Positions 1 to 11,337 are shown, counted from the whole stretch's first letter. The stretch: DNA of 63,914 nt, filler included, from Octopus bimaculoides (GCF_001194135.2; 8 parts of 7 records of this genome joined end to end with filler, not necessarily neighbours in it); one strand, 5' to 3'. A program made the numbers and translations. The notes: generated by a model from the letters alone, not told the origin.

Positions 1-1190
1 GTAAGCAACCGTATGTGTGTGATGGTTCATATGTATGTGTATGTCTGTATGTGTGCGTGTGTGGCATGTGTATATGAGTATGTGTTAGTTTTATCTATGG
101 TAGGATGGTGTGTGTATGTGTGTGCACGTTTGTGTGAGTCTGTATGTGTGTGATTAATATTTGTTAGGGTGTTGTGTGTGCGCATGTGTGTGTATGTGTA
201 TATGTGTTTGTTCGTGTGCGCGCGTGAGTGCGTTTGTTAGTGCGTGTGTATGTGTGTTTGTGTGTTTTTTGTGTCGGTGGGGATGTTAGGTGTGTGTACG
301 TGAGAGTGTGCGTACATCTATTTTTCTGAGTATGTATGTATTGTTTTAATCGTCCTTGTGGTGTGTGTGTGTCTGAGAGAGAGCAACCGTATGTATGTGT
401 GAGGGTGTGTACATTTGCGTGCGTCTGTGTGTGTATGTATGTGTGCATCTGTGTGTGTGCGTGGGAGTGTTTTGTGTGAGTGTGGGAGTTTGTGTGTACG
501 TGAGTGTGTGTGTGTCTCTCTGTCTGAGTGAGTGTGTTGTTTTAAATACCCTTGTGGTGTGTGTGCGTGTGTAAGCAACCGTATGTGTGTGTGATGGTTC
601 ATATGTATGTGTATGTCTGTATGTGTGCGTATGACTATTTGTGTTGTGTGTTGGTGGGGGTGTTATGTCTGTGTACGTGAGTTTGTGTGTGTCTCGAAGT
701 ATGTTTGTGTTTGAATTGTCATTGTGGTGCGTGTGTGTGTGAGAGAGCAACTGTATGTGTGTGCATGAGGGTGCATGTGTGTGTGAGCATGTATGTGTGT
801 GTTGTATTTATTAGGTGTCCTTGTACGTTGGGTTTATCCAGGTGATGTGTATGTGTGTGCATGTGTGTTCCGTGTATGTTGGTACTGGGCATGCGTTTGT
901 ATGTGTGTGTATGTGTGTNNNNNNNNNNGGTGAGTGCATGTACCTGTTTACGTATGTGTGTATGGGTGCTGGTTGTGGTTGCTACAATTGTATTGTAAGT
1001 GTATATATGCATGTGTTTTTTCTTGAAATGTATGTGGGTTTGTGCTCTAGTGTGGAGATATTGTGATTGTGTGTGTATATATGTGTGTAAGTGTGTTCGT
1101 GTCGGAGGTTTGCATTGTATTGGTGTGTGTGTGTGATTTTGCGTATCTGTGTGTCTTTGTTTTGGGTGTGCACCTGGGAAGGGGGATTAT
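1..1190. repeat. Degenerate (TG)n-rich complex simple repeat with a cryptic longer unit
   Basis: TG-dominated. 1-58 recurs almost exactly from 571. The motif 'ttgtgg(tg)n..agcaac(c/t)gtatgt' recurs near 355-395, 550-590 and 722-760. Confidence 0.85.
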
Positions 1191-1191
1191 A

Positions 1192-1608
1192 TTAGAGTAT
1201 GTTGAGCTGTGGTCTGTATTTTTGAATAAGATTATTTTCCCTATTTATTCGTGTTTGGTCAGTGGTGTTGTCTGGGCATTGGTATAATGGGAAAACTAGG
1301 AATTTGGGGGACTTGTTTTGTGAACAGAGATCTAAGTGCCCACTGAGTGGTATCTGTCTCGTGGTGGGATCCCTCAATTGTTGGCGGTGGACTGTCATCC
1401 TTTCTCTGAGAGTAAGGCTCGTTTGCCCTATGTATTCGTTGTGGCACCCTTCACACCTTATGGCATAAAGTAAATTTTTTGATGCGCAAGTGAAGTTATT
1501 TTTTATGACAAAAGTGTGTCCCGACTGGAATCTGTATGTTGTTCCTTCCATGAGGTGGATGCAAGTCCTGCAGTTGGAACGACCACATTTTTTGACGGTA
1601 GGTGGTGG
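1192..1608 (-). mobile_element. Penelope-like element (PLE): C-terminal Cys motif plus GIY-YIG endonuclease coding fragment
   Basis: Stop-free frame from the gap edge: PPPTVKKCGRSNCRTCIHLMEG...FTCASKNLLYAIRCEGCHNEYIGQTSLTLRERMTVH...GHLDLC...RENNLIQKYRPQLNIL*. The CxxxxCxxC, TCxSxNxxYxIxCxxC-YIGQT-R-H layout is the PLE-type GIY-YIG. Confidence 0.92.
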
Positions 1609-2629
1609 GNNNNNNNNNNNNNNNNNNNNNNNNNNNNNNNNNNNNNNNNNNNNNNNNNNNNNNNNNNNNNNNNNNNNNNNNNNNNNNNNNNNNNNNNNNN
1701 NNNNNNNNNNNNNNNNNNNNNNNNNNNNNNNNNNNNNNNNNNNNNNNNNNNNNNNNNNNNNNNNNNNNNNNNNNNNNNNNNNNNNNNNNNNNNNNNNNNN
1801 NNNNNNNNNNNNNNNNNNNNNNNNNNNNNNNNNNNNNNNNNNNNNNNNNNNNNNNNNNNNNNNNNNNNNNNNNNNNNNNNNNNNNNNNNNNNNNNNNNNN
1901 NNNNNNNNNNNNNNNNNNNNNNNNNNNNNNNNNNNNNNNNNNNNNNNNNNNNNNNNNNNNNNNNNNNNNNNNNNNNNNNNNNNNNNNNNNNNNNNNNNNN
2001 NNNNNNNNNNNNNNNNNNNNNNNNNNNNNNNNNNNNNNNNNNNNNNNNNNNNNNNNNNNNNNNNNNNNNNNNNNNNNNNNNNNNNNNNNNNNNNNNNNNN
2101 NNNNNNNNNNNNNNNNNNNNNNNNNNNNNNNNNNNNNNNNNNNNNNNNNNNNNNNNNNNNNNNNNNNNNNNNNNNNNNNNNNNNNNNNNNNNNNNNNNNN
2201 NNNNNNNNNNNNNNNNNNNNNNNNNNNNNNNNNNNNNNNNNNNNNNNNNNNNNNNNNNNNNNNNNNNNNNNNNNNNNNNNNNNNNNNNNNNNNNNNNNNN
2301 NNNNNNNNNNNNNNNNNNNNNNNNNNNNNNNNNNNNNNNNNNNNNNNNNNNNNNNNNNNNNNNNNNNNNNNNNNNNNNNNNNNNNNNNNNNNNNNNNNNN
2401 NNNNNNNNNNNNNNNNNNNNNNNNNNNNNNNNNNNNNNNNNNNNNNNNNNNNNNNNNNNNNNNNNNNNNNNNNNNNNNNNNNNNNNNNNNNNNNNNNNNN
2501 NNNNNNNNNNNNNNNNNNNNNNNNNNNNNNNNNNNNNNNNNNNNNNNNNNNNNNNNNNNNNNNNNNNNNNNNNNNNNNNNNNNNNNNNNNNNNNNNNNNN
2601 NNNNNNNNNTATATATATATCGATATATT

Positions 2630-2830
2630 TACACAGACATATTTACATATATAGGGAGAATTCACAAAAAAAAAGACGAAGACGGTGTAGACAACAAACA
2701 GATATATTAGTTTAACGCTCGGGAAGTGAAAAAGTCTTTAACATTTCGAGCCTCCGCTCTTCCACAGAAAGGAACACAGAAAGAAACAGGGAGAGAAAAT
2801 GAAGAATGTGTAGTGGCTAGCGATCTGTCA
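2630..2830 (-). mobile_element. PLE terminal-repeat (pLTR)-like segment carrying a hammerhead motif
   Basis: Same strand as, and upstream across a gap from, the GIY-YIG fragment. Shares 'tctttaac.ttt.gagcct..gctctt..acagaaaggaa' with 32359-32398. Confidence 0.6.
2735..2772 (-). ncRNA. Minimal type-I hammerhead ribozyme-like motif (A6U core variant)
   Basis: Minus strand reads CCUUU-CUGUGGA-A-GAGC-GGAG-GCUC-GAA-AUGU-U-AAAGA. Stem I CUUU/AAAG, stem II GAGC/GCUC, near-palindromic stem III, GUU cleavage triplet. Confidence 0.7.
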
Positions 2831-3023
2831 TGGCAAATACCGGACAGAGGAGTCACACGGGAGAGCTAGGAATAAGGGGAGATAATAAATTTGTGGTGAC
2901 CCCAAAATGAAGGTGCGCGTGCATGTGTACATAAATGAATACACATACACGCACGCACACACAGCAAGCCCTTGCACAAACATACACACATACATAATAC
3001 AGACATACATATACATATATATA

Positions 3024-3060
<37 letters not shown>

Positions 3061-3739
3061 NNNNNNNNNNNNNNNNNNNNNNNNNNNNNNNNNNNNNNNN
3101 NNNNNNNNNNNNNNNNNNNNNNNNNNNNNNNNNNNNNNNNNNNNNNNNNNNNNNNNNNNNNNNNNNNNNNNNNNNNNNNNNNNNNNNNNNNNNNNNNNNN
3201 NNNNNNNNNNNNNNNNNNNNNNNNNNNNNNNNNNNNNNNNNNNNNNNNNNNNNNNNNNNNNNNNNNNNNNNNNNNNNNNNNNNNNNNNNNNNNNNNNNNN
3301 NNNNNNNNNNNNNNNNNNNNNNNNNNNNNNNNNNNNNNNNNNNNNNNNNNNNNNNNNNNNNNNNNNNNNNNNNNNNNNNNNNNNNNNNNNNNNNNNNNNN
3401 NNNNNNNNNNNNNNNNNNNNNNNNNNNNNNNNNNNNNNNNNNNNNNNNNNNNNNNNNNNNNNNNNNNNNNNNNNNNNNNNNNNNNNNNNNNNNNNNNNNN
3501 NNNNNNNNNNNNNNNNNNNNNNNNNNNNNNNNNNNNNNNNNNNNNNNNNNNNNNNNNNNNNNNNNNNNNNNNNNNNNNNNNNNNNNNNNNNNNNNNNNNN
3601 NNNNNNNNNNNNNNNNNNNNNNNNNNNNNNNNNNNNNNNNNNNNNNNNNNNNNNNNNNNNNNNNNNNNNNNNNNNNNNNNNNNNNNNNNNNNNNNNNNNN
3701 NNNNNNNNNNNNNNNNNNNNNNNNNNNNNNNNNNNNNNN

Positions 3740-3770
<31 letters not shown>

Positions 3771-4295
3771 TAAATGCAAATCTCATTCCTTTGGTTATTA
3801 TAAAATATAGAGAGTATCTATTTAAGACACGTTAAAATATGGAGGAAGAATAGTGCATACATAAGGCTTGTTTATACCACACAAATATACAATATATTTT
3901 CTTTAAAGCTCTGTACGACACGTGTTTCTACTGCATAGATATCCTGGGATGTTGTATCTAGAAGTATTGTGTTAGTTCAGTTGCATACTAATTTCATCCA
4001 ATGATAATGATTCCATGCCCCCCCCCCCACTTTCACTCTTTATCTTCAGTTTATAAGTCTATTAGTTCCACGTGATATAAATACATTTAATTGTTATTAA
4101 AGTTCTCGTATCTTTCTTTTACTTTATATTGTCTGAAGGCTATTCATATCCTGACCTGGTCTGGACTTTTCCGATTACTAATTGTTATTCACGTTTAAAT
4201 ACTTCCCATCTAATATATTTAATAAAATATTTAGTAGGCTATCACGGGCTCAAGTGTACAAGAGTCAATCAACCAGATTATATTTATAGATGTAT

Positions 4296-4530
4296 GGGGT
4301 GTTCAAAACGTCTCTCCGTAGTAAGTTTTTAATGGTTTTCGGGCGATTCTTGTACACTGATCCTTTATTTGCTCCACAGGAAAAAAGTCTGTGCAGTGTG
4401 AAATCAGGTAATCGTGGTGGCCAAAGTCTCTTCGAAATAATTCGTTCACCGAAAAACTCTTGAAGTAGCACCATGCTGATGCGCAGGATGAAAACCAAAA
4501 GTCACCGTGGAGAGACATTTTGAACACATT
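4296..4530 (-). mobile_element. Internally deleted Tc1/mariner-superfamily relic with TIR-like end
   Basis: Minus frame LQEFFGERIISKRLWPPRLPDF..SVYKNRPKTIKNL resembles the WPPRSPDL region. It runs into 'ggggtgttcaaaacgtctctcc', an end resembling CAGGGTGTTCAAAA. Confidence 0.75.
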
Positions 4531-5049
4531 GTGCTATAATTAGATTGCCACTAACGTAATGTGAACTTCACCCTATGTTTTTCGAAATAAACATTTATAA
4601 CTTCTATTTTTGCTTTTAATAACTTAACCAATTTAAGGCTACCTATTTGTCCGGAAGATTCATCAGTCTATGTCGTTTTCGATTTGTGAGGAAACGCACT
4701 TCAACAGATTTTGCAATTACCTGACACCTAAATTCTTTCAAGATTTCCTTTCTAAACATAAGAGAAACTCCAGAATAAAAGGAAAATGATCTTTATAACA
4801 ATATCGTTTTTCTCAACAATCTCTACTAAATAATACTACTGTTCGTTTCAAAGCCCTATAATAGTGACGACTTCAATAAATCTGCACTGGTGCGTTTGCA
4901 TTCCACGAAATTATAATGAAACTGAACGAAGAGGGTTCTAGTGGAAGATATATACTAGGATATCTATGTAGGAGAAACAAGTGTCGGGCAGAGTTTTAAA
5001 GAGAATGTATTGTATACATAACTGTTATAAATGTATATATGTGAATGTA

Positions 5050-5087
<38 letters not shown>

Positions 5088-5247
5088 CGAGCTAGTGAAT
5101 GAGTTAGAGTGAGAAAAAATAAAAGAATAAACATTTCCAAGGGTTTCACATACCACTTTACATCAGAAGAAGAGCTGGATTTCGAAACCGTGTCTCTGTA
5201 ATCAAGTATAAATGTGACTTGACTGGTATTCCATTGTGGTTGTTTTC

Positions 5248-5291
5248 TTGTTGTTGTTGTTGTTGTTGTTGCTACTTTCATTATTATCACG

Positions 5292-5361
<70 letters not shown>
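5248..5361. repeat. (TTG)n and (TTA)n microsatellites
   Basis: Direct reading of the sequence. Confidence 0.95.
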
Positions 5362-5362
<1 letters not shown>

Positions 5363-6574
5363 TACAGCAGCGTTGTAAATAACTGAGCGAAAGATCAACA
5401 ATGAAAGTAAGTATGTAAACGTATTATGAAGAAGATGAAGAGTGAGTCAATGATTGCAGAGTTTATGAAAGTGTCAATAATTTCATGCTGTATAGTTCTA
5501 TTGTCTGTACATTGGAAAATTGAAGTTTATTTAGAAATTATTCTTGGCTGTAATTCAATAACTTTATAATCGCTTTCAAGGTAGAAAGGGAGATAAATAA
5601 ATCTGCAGAGATTGATTATACATTAAATATATATACATGCACAAAAGTGTGTATATATATNNNNNNNNNNNNNNNNNNNNNNNNNNNNNNNNNNNNNNNN
5701 NNNNNNNNNNNNNNNNNNNNNNNNNNNNNNNNNNNNNNNNNNNNNNNNNNNNNNNNNNNNNNNNNNNNNNNNNNNNNNNNNNNNNNNNNNNNNNNNNNNN
5801 NNNNNNNNNNNNNNNNNNNNNNNNNNNNNNNNNNNNNNNNNNNNNNNNNNNNNNNNNNNNNNNNNNNNNNNNNNNNNNNNNNNNNNNNNNNNNNNNNNNN
5901 NNNNNNNNNNNNNNNNNNNNNNNNNNNNNNNNNNNNNNNNNNNNNNNNNNNNNNNNNNNNNNNNNNNNNNNNNNNNNNNNNNNNNNNNNNNNNNNNNNNN
6001 NNNNNNNNNNNNNNNNNNNNNNNNNNNNNNNNNNNNNNNNNNNNNNNNNNNNNNNNNNNNNNNNNNNNNNNNNNNNNNNNNNNNNNNNNNNNNNNNNNNN
6101 NNNNNNNNNNNNNNNNNNNNNNNNNNNNNNNNNNNNNNNNNNNNNNNNNNNNNNNNNNNNNNNNNNNNNNNNNNNNNNNNNNNNNNNNNNNNNNNNNNNN
6201 NNNNNNNNNNNNNNNNNNNNNNNNNNNNNNNNNNNNNNNNNNNNNNNNNNNNNNNNNNNNNNNNNNNNNNNNNNNNNNNNNNNNNNNNNNNNNNNNNNNN
6301 NNNNNNNNNNNNNNNNNNNNNNNNNNNNNNNNNNNNNNNNNNNNNNNNNNNNNNNNNNNNNNNNNNNNNNNNNNNNNNNNNNNNNNNNNNNNNNNNNNNN
6401 NNNNNNNNNNNNNNNNNNNNNNNNNNNNNNNNNNNNNNNNNNNNNNNNNNNNNNNNNNNNNNNNNNNNNNNNNNNNNNNNNNNNNNNNNNNNNNNNNNNN
6501 NNNNNNNNNNNNNNNNNNNNNNNNNNNNNNNNNNNNNNNNNNNNNNNNNNNNNNNNNNNNNNNNNNNNNNNNNN

Positions 6575-6836
6575 GGCCGCTGCCAAATTACTGAAAGAAG
6601 TAAAAGAGTGAAAGAGTAACCAAATGTCAATTCCGGAAGTAAAATTCGTGAAGTAAAATTGTGTAGCAACACCAAAAGGCGGTGCTCCAGCATGGCCACA
6701 GCTCATGAGCTGTGGCCATGCTGGAGCACCGCCTTTTGGTGTTGCTACACAATTTTACTTCACGAATTTTACTTCCGGAATTGACATTTGGTTACTCTTT
6801 CACTCTTTTACTTCTTTCAGTAATTTGGCAGCGGCC
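6575..6836. repeat. Perfect 262-bp palindrome (131-bp arms, no spacer) built from SINE 3' sequence
   Basis: Centre gctca|tgagc at 6705/6706. I matched the arms base for base out to ggccgc (6575) and gcggcc (6836); the left end abuts an N gap. Confidence 0.95.
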
Positions 6837-6925
6837 GTGCTGGAGCACCACCTTTAGTCGAGCAAATCAACCCCAGGACTTAATCTTTGGGAGCCCAGTA
6901 CTTATTCTATCGGTCTCTTGTTCCG
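6800..6925 (-). mobile_element. SINE-A 3' fragment
   Basis: 'gctggagcaccacctttagtcgagcaaatcaaccccaggactta' matches copies at 32851-33251 and 62836-63232. Confidence 0.85.
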
Positions 6926-7139
6926 GTCTCGGGGGTAGCTGATGAAGGAAAATGTTCTCTATGTGGCTTGTGTGGTTTTCTGTACTCTGATTATCATTAT
7001 TTTCTTGTCTACGTTTTGTTTGTAATGTCCTGTACCCAGATATGCACCTATACATACAGGTGGATGTCGGTATGCACATACCTGTACGTATATATGCATA
7101 TACTCATTTACTATTTGTTTATATATATATTAAGTTGTA

Positions 7140-7390
7140 TGCTGTCAACTTAACGTGACAGTCCCAATAAGGGAATCATACTACTGCGATTTAGCCCTAG
7201 GAAGCTGCACCGTTTCGTGTTGGCCTTGACACATTTCCTGTGTCCTTATGTTTACAAGGGGGAGACAAGCACCTCCACCAAGCCAGGCATGCATCCAGGG
7301 ACATGTTCCTGGGTTTTTGCTCGTCAACAGCCTGTAGTAGCATGACTTGCTGGCTGAAGATACCCTGCCTAGTTCTCGTAAACATAATAA
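7140..7390. repeat. Unclassified interspersed repeat (second copy at 61878-62070) with terminal hairpin CTGTCA-N8-TGACAG
   Basis: 'ctgtcaacttaacgtgacag..agccctaggaa..caccgtttc..ttgacacatttc..gtccttatgttt..ggagacaagcacctcc' is shared between the two loci. Confidence 0.8.
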
Positions 7391-7392
7391 TT

Positions 7393-8248
7393 CTAGTGAT
7401 TCACCAATGCAGTCTAATTTTTTTGCAAGTAAGCATGCATTTCAACGAGTTGATTCCAGTAAACTTCTGCTGTAATGCTCTGAATGGCTTCCAGAAATCT
7501 GCAATGGACAACACCAATTGCAGACCAACAGACCGTTACCATTATCTTTTGCTGATACAACTTTGGCTATGGGAAATGTTTGGGGGACTCATCACGATCA
7601 AGTCATTAATCTGATCATTTACAGTTATCATAAAGGATCCACTTTTCGTCACAAGTGACTATTCTGTCGAGAAAAGGATCATTGGTGTTTCGCAGAATGA
7701 GCATTCAGCACACTTGAAATCGCCGAACTTTTTGATTTGCAATGGGCTCACACAGTACACATTTACCGAATTTTTCACCTTACTAATCTCATGCAGAGTG
7801 CGTGAGACTGTTGCAATACGAACACCAAGTGTCTGAGACATTTCTCTGACACTTTGACGTGGGTTTTGTTCGACAATTGCTTTTGATTGTTCATTGTCAA
7901 GACTGCATGACCATCCTCTGCCTTCTTCATCTTCAAAGTTCTCATCACCAGTACGGAATTTCTGAAACCACCTTCGTACTGTGCGATCACTTGTGGACTC
8001 TTCTCCCCATGCTCTGTTGATATTGGCAGCAGTTCGCGAGGCATTGTGCCCAAGCTTCATGTCCTGCAATAAAAGGGCACCTATGCTTCAAGAATGTTCT
8101 GTCTTAAATAAGTAGAAATTTATTAAAGAGCATACATCAATTATTAAGTATGTAGAAATTCACCTGAAATATAATTAAAATACTATGATAAAATTGCGTT
8201 TGAAAACACAATGTTTAGAGCGGCCATTAGTTTCGGAACAACCTAATA
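7393..8248 (-). mobile_element. Mariner transposon relic (5' TIR, HTH, first catalytic Asp; 3'-truncated)
   Basis: TA plus TIR-like 'ttaggttgttccgaaactaatggccg' (TA at 8247-8248). Minus frames: GHNASRTAANINRAWGEESTSDRTVRRWFQKFRTGD..., FLDRIVTCDEKWILYDN, PKLYQQKIMVTVCWSAIGVVH. Stops and frameshifts present. Confidence 0.93.
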
Positions 8249-8877
8249 TTATAGCATTTACATAGTTTACCTGCCATCTTGGGATTCTGGGTACCAAAAT
8301 CTCTTATATATATTGCATACAAACATACATTCATACATATATACTACTATTTCAATTCATATACATACATACTTGCATGCATGCATTTATATAAACTCAA
8401 GTACATACATATGATGAATTTCCAACACGGTTTTCAGCGTACGGAATTTATCTAACTGATAAACAGAAAAAAGAATCAGTACTAAATTCTCTCATTAAGA
8501 TGCTATTGCAGAATGCTGTTGAAATTTTACTCCATCAACATAGGTTTGACTATAATGGTGAAGAACGAGCTGGACTTTTCTACAAAGCGATAATGCTGTA
8601 AAAGTGGTCGGAAGTTTCTCGAATAACACTCTTCCGGTTTCATACCTATGACATATCTTAAAGACCTCAGTAGCTATGTGCATCAGCTTTGTGCATCAAA
8701 CCGGAATTTCTAAAATCACATGTTATTTTAGAAAAAACTGTATTAAAAAATGTATAAGAGGAACAGCCAAATCAGAGTAATTTAGTGATGACATAGAGAC
8801 ATATAGGCAGGAAATGATCTATCTATCTATCTATCTGTCTCTCTCTATATATATGTGTATATATATGTATATATAAG

Positions 8878-8921
<44 letters not shown>

Positions 8922-9583
8922 NNNNNNNNNNNNNNNNNNNNNNNNNNNNNNNNNNNNNNNNNNNNNNNNNNNNNNNNNNNNNNNNNNNNNNNNNNNNNNN
9001 NNNNNNNNNNNNNNNNNNNNNNNNNNNNNNNNNNNNNNNNNNNNNNNNNNNNNNNNNNNNNNNNNNNNNNNNNNNNNNNNNNNNNNNNNNNNNNNNNNNN
9101 NNNNNNNNNNNNNNNNNNNNNNNNNNNNNNNNNNNNNNNNNNNNNNNNNNNNNNNNNNNNNNNNNNNNNNNNNNNNNNNNNNNNNNNNNNNNNNNNNNNN
9201 NNNNNNNNNNNNNNNNNNNNNNNNNNNNNNNNNNNNNNNNNNNNNNNNNNNNNNNNNNNNNNNNNNNNNNNNNNNNNNNNNNNNNNNNNNNNNNNNNNNN
9301 NNNNNNNNNNNNNNNNNNNNNNNNNNNNNNNNNNNNNNNNNNNNNNNNNNNNNNNNNNNNNNNNNNNNNNNNNNNNNNNNNNNNNNNNNNNNNNNNNNNN
9401 NNNNNNNNNNNNNNNNNNNNNNNNNNNNNNNNNNNNNNNNNNNNNNNNNNNNNNNNNNNNNNNNNNNNNNNNNNNNNNNNNNNNNNNNNNNNNNNNNNNN
9501 NNNNNNNNNNNNNNNNNNNNNNNNNNNNNNNNNNNNNNNNNNNNNNNNNNNNNNNNNNNNNNNNNNNNNNNNNNNNNNNNNNN

Positions 9584-9803
9584 CGTATGAAAAAAAGTCC
9601 CGTGTGGAAGGGATTACGGTTTAGCCATCTAACTTAGAGATATCAAATATAAAATATACAAGAATAAGGGCAGAGAATCGTCAATTAATAATAGAATTAA
9701 TAATTAACAATTTTGCCAAGTAGTTCAGTATGAAAAAAACCTTTATCGGTAAAACTATTTATCATTATAAATATACAGGGATTAGCAATTGAGTTGCTTC
9801 TCC
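9584..9803. repeat. Unclassified interspersed repeat, copy 1 of 3 (others 11338-11580, 19562-19790)
   Basis: 'aagaataagggcagagaatcgtcaatta..gccaagtagttcagtatgaaaaa..cctttatcggtaaaa' is shared among the three loci. Confidence 0.85.
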
Positions 9804-9871
9804 AACATATATATATATATATACACACACATATGTATATATATATATATATATACATACATACATATAAG

Positions 9872-10250
9872 TGTAGGCACAATGACCCAGTTGTTAGGAC
9901 AGTGGACTCGTGGTCGTAGGATCACGGTTTCCATTCCCAGACCGGGCGTTGTGAGAGTTTATTCAGTGAAAACACCTAAAGCTCCACGTGGCTCCAACAT
10001 GGGGTAATGGTGAACTCTGCTGTACACTTTCACCACAAATCTCTCTCACTTTTTCTTCCTGTTTCTGTTGTACCTGTATTTCAAAGGGCCAGCTTTGTCA
10101 CACTCTGTCTCACGCTGAATCTATACGTTAACTACGTCAAGAGTAGACGTGTCTGTGGAGTGTTCAGCCTCTTGCATGCTAATTACACAAGCAGGCTGCT
10201 CCGTAGATCGGAGCATGTGGAACGTACGTCGTCGTAACCGACGTTGTGCC
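9872..10250 (+). mobile_element. tRNA-headed SINE (C-group head, alternative body, shared tail)
   Basis: A-box-like tgacccagttg, B-box-like ggtttccattccc. The 3' part matches 32533-32700, 23468-23576 and 63450-63605 in reverse complement. Confidence 0.8.
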
Positions 10251-10276
10251 ACGATGTATATATATTTGTATATACA

Positions 10277-11278
10277 TACAGAGTGGGTAGAAAGTAACTA
10301 GGCATTAGAAATTGCTTATGGAGCTTTTACTGTCACGGAAGTCACGAGAAAAATATATTTTAAACAGACAACACTAATGATGATTTCTTATTTTCTTATT
10401 TCTTCTTTTCCAGGAGCAAGCTAAGATGACATTAACTGTGAAGTGTGGAATTCTAATGTCTTGGTTCCGTGATAGTGGCGTGCATGGAGAGGTAAGCATG
10501 CAAATCTGAGTCTGGAAACAATAAAAAGTTGACATGCAAAGCTGATTACCACGGGCTCTTTGAACGATGCGAGAGTTGGCCGCCCAGCCATATCTCGATC
10601 AGCGGAGAACGTGGCAACAGAGCTGGCAGAAACGACGAGCTGGCAGAAACGTAAACACGCCAGGCGAAATACGTAACGGTATTTCGTCTGCCATTACGTT
10701 CTGAGTTCCAATTCCGCCGAGGTCGACTTTGCCTTTCATCCTTTCGGGGTCGATGAAATAAGTACCAGTTACGCACTGGGCTCGATATAATCGACTTAAT
10801 CCGTTTGTCTGTCCTTGTTTGTCCCCTCTGTGTGTAGCCTCTTGTGGGCAGTAAAGAAATAAGAAATGTTTAATCGCAGCTCGCAAAAATCAGCAGCCCG
10901 GGAAAGTGGACTAACAAGACTAAAGAATTGAATTCTCGTCTATGGGAACCCCATTACGTGCAAGAGCTAAAGCCCGAAGACTGTAGCCGCAGAATTCCAA
11001 AAAGTCGAGATCTCACTCCATGTGATTTTTACCTGTGAGGTTACACAAAAGCGGAGGTGTAAAACAAAAAACCTCGTACACTGGAAGATTTGGAGACACG
11101 GATTCAGGCGGTTCTGAATGAGATCCTTGACGATGTCGTTCAGAATGTTGTCCATTCCATTCCTCGGTGTTTAAGAAATCCGTTGACGATACCAGTACTT
11201 ACGTTGAAATATAAAAATTTACTTTTATTTTCCCATGTAATAAAGAACATGTGTCATTCGTTTCAATAACACTGTGTA
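10277..11278 (+). mobile_element. Internally deleted Tc1/mariner-superfamily transposon interrupted by a SINE
   Basis: TA-cagagtggg... left end, ...cactgtg-TA right end. Frames: ETIKS*HAKLITTGSLNDARVGRPAISRSAENVAT [SINE] FNRSSQKS..ARESGLTR..HYVQELKPEDCSRR / PKSRDLTPCDFYL*GYTKAEV*NKKPRTLEDLETRI. Confidence 0.85.
10612..10867 (+). mobile_element. SINE-B, nested in the transposase
   Basis: gagctggcagaaacg (tandemly duplicated), B-box gagttccaattcc, aaagaaat tail. Homologous to 38477 and 62477. Confidence 0.9.
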
Positions 11279-11337
11279 TATATATATATATATGCATGAC
11301 GGATTCTTCCGTCTAAGACGACGAATGAACATTTTTT

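Noticed and set aside
3911-4000. Minus-strand GAAACACGUGUC (palindromic stem III plus GUC), a possible seventh hammerhead
   Set aside because: The nearest core-like 7-mer is about 65 nt away with two mismatches and stem I does not pair; at best a decayed remnant.
6939-6990. CTGATGA hammerhead-like start
   Set aside because: No stem II followed by GAAA downstream.
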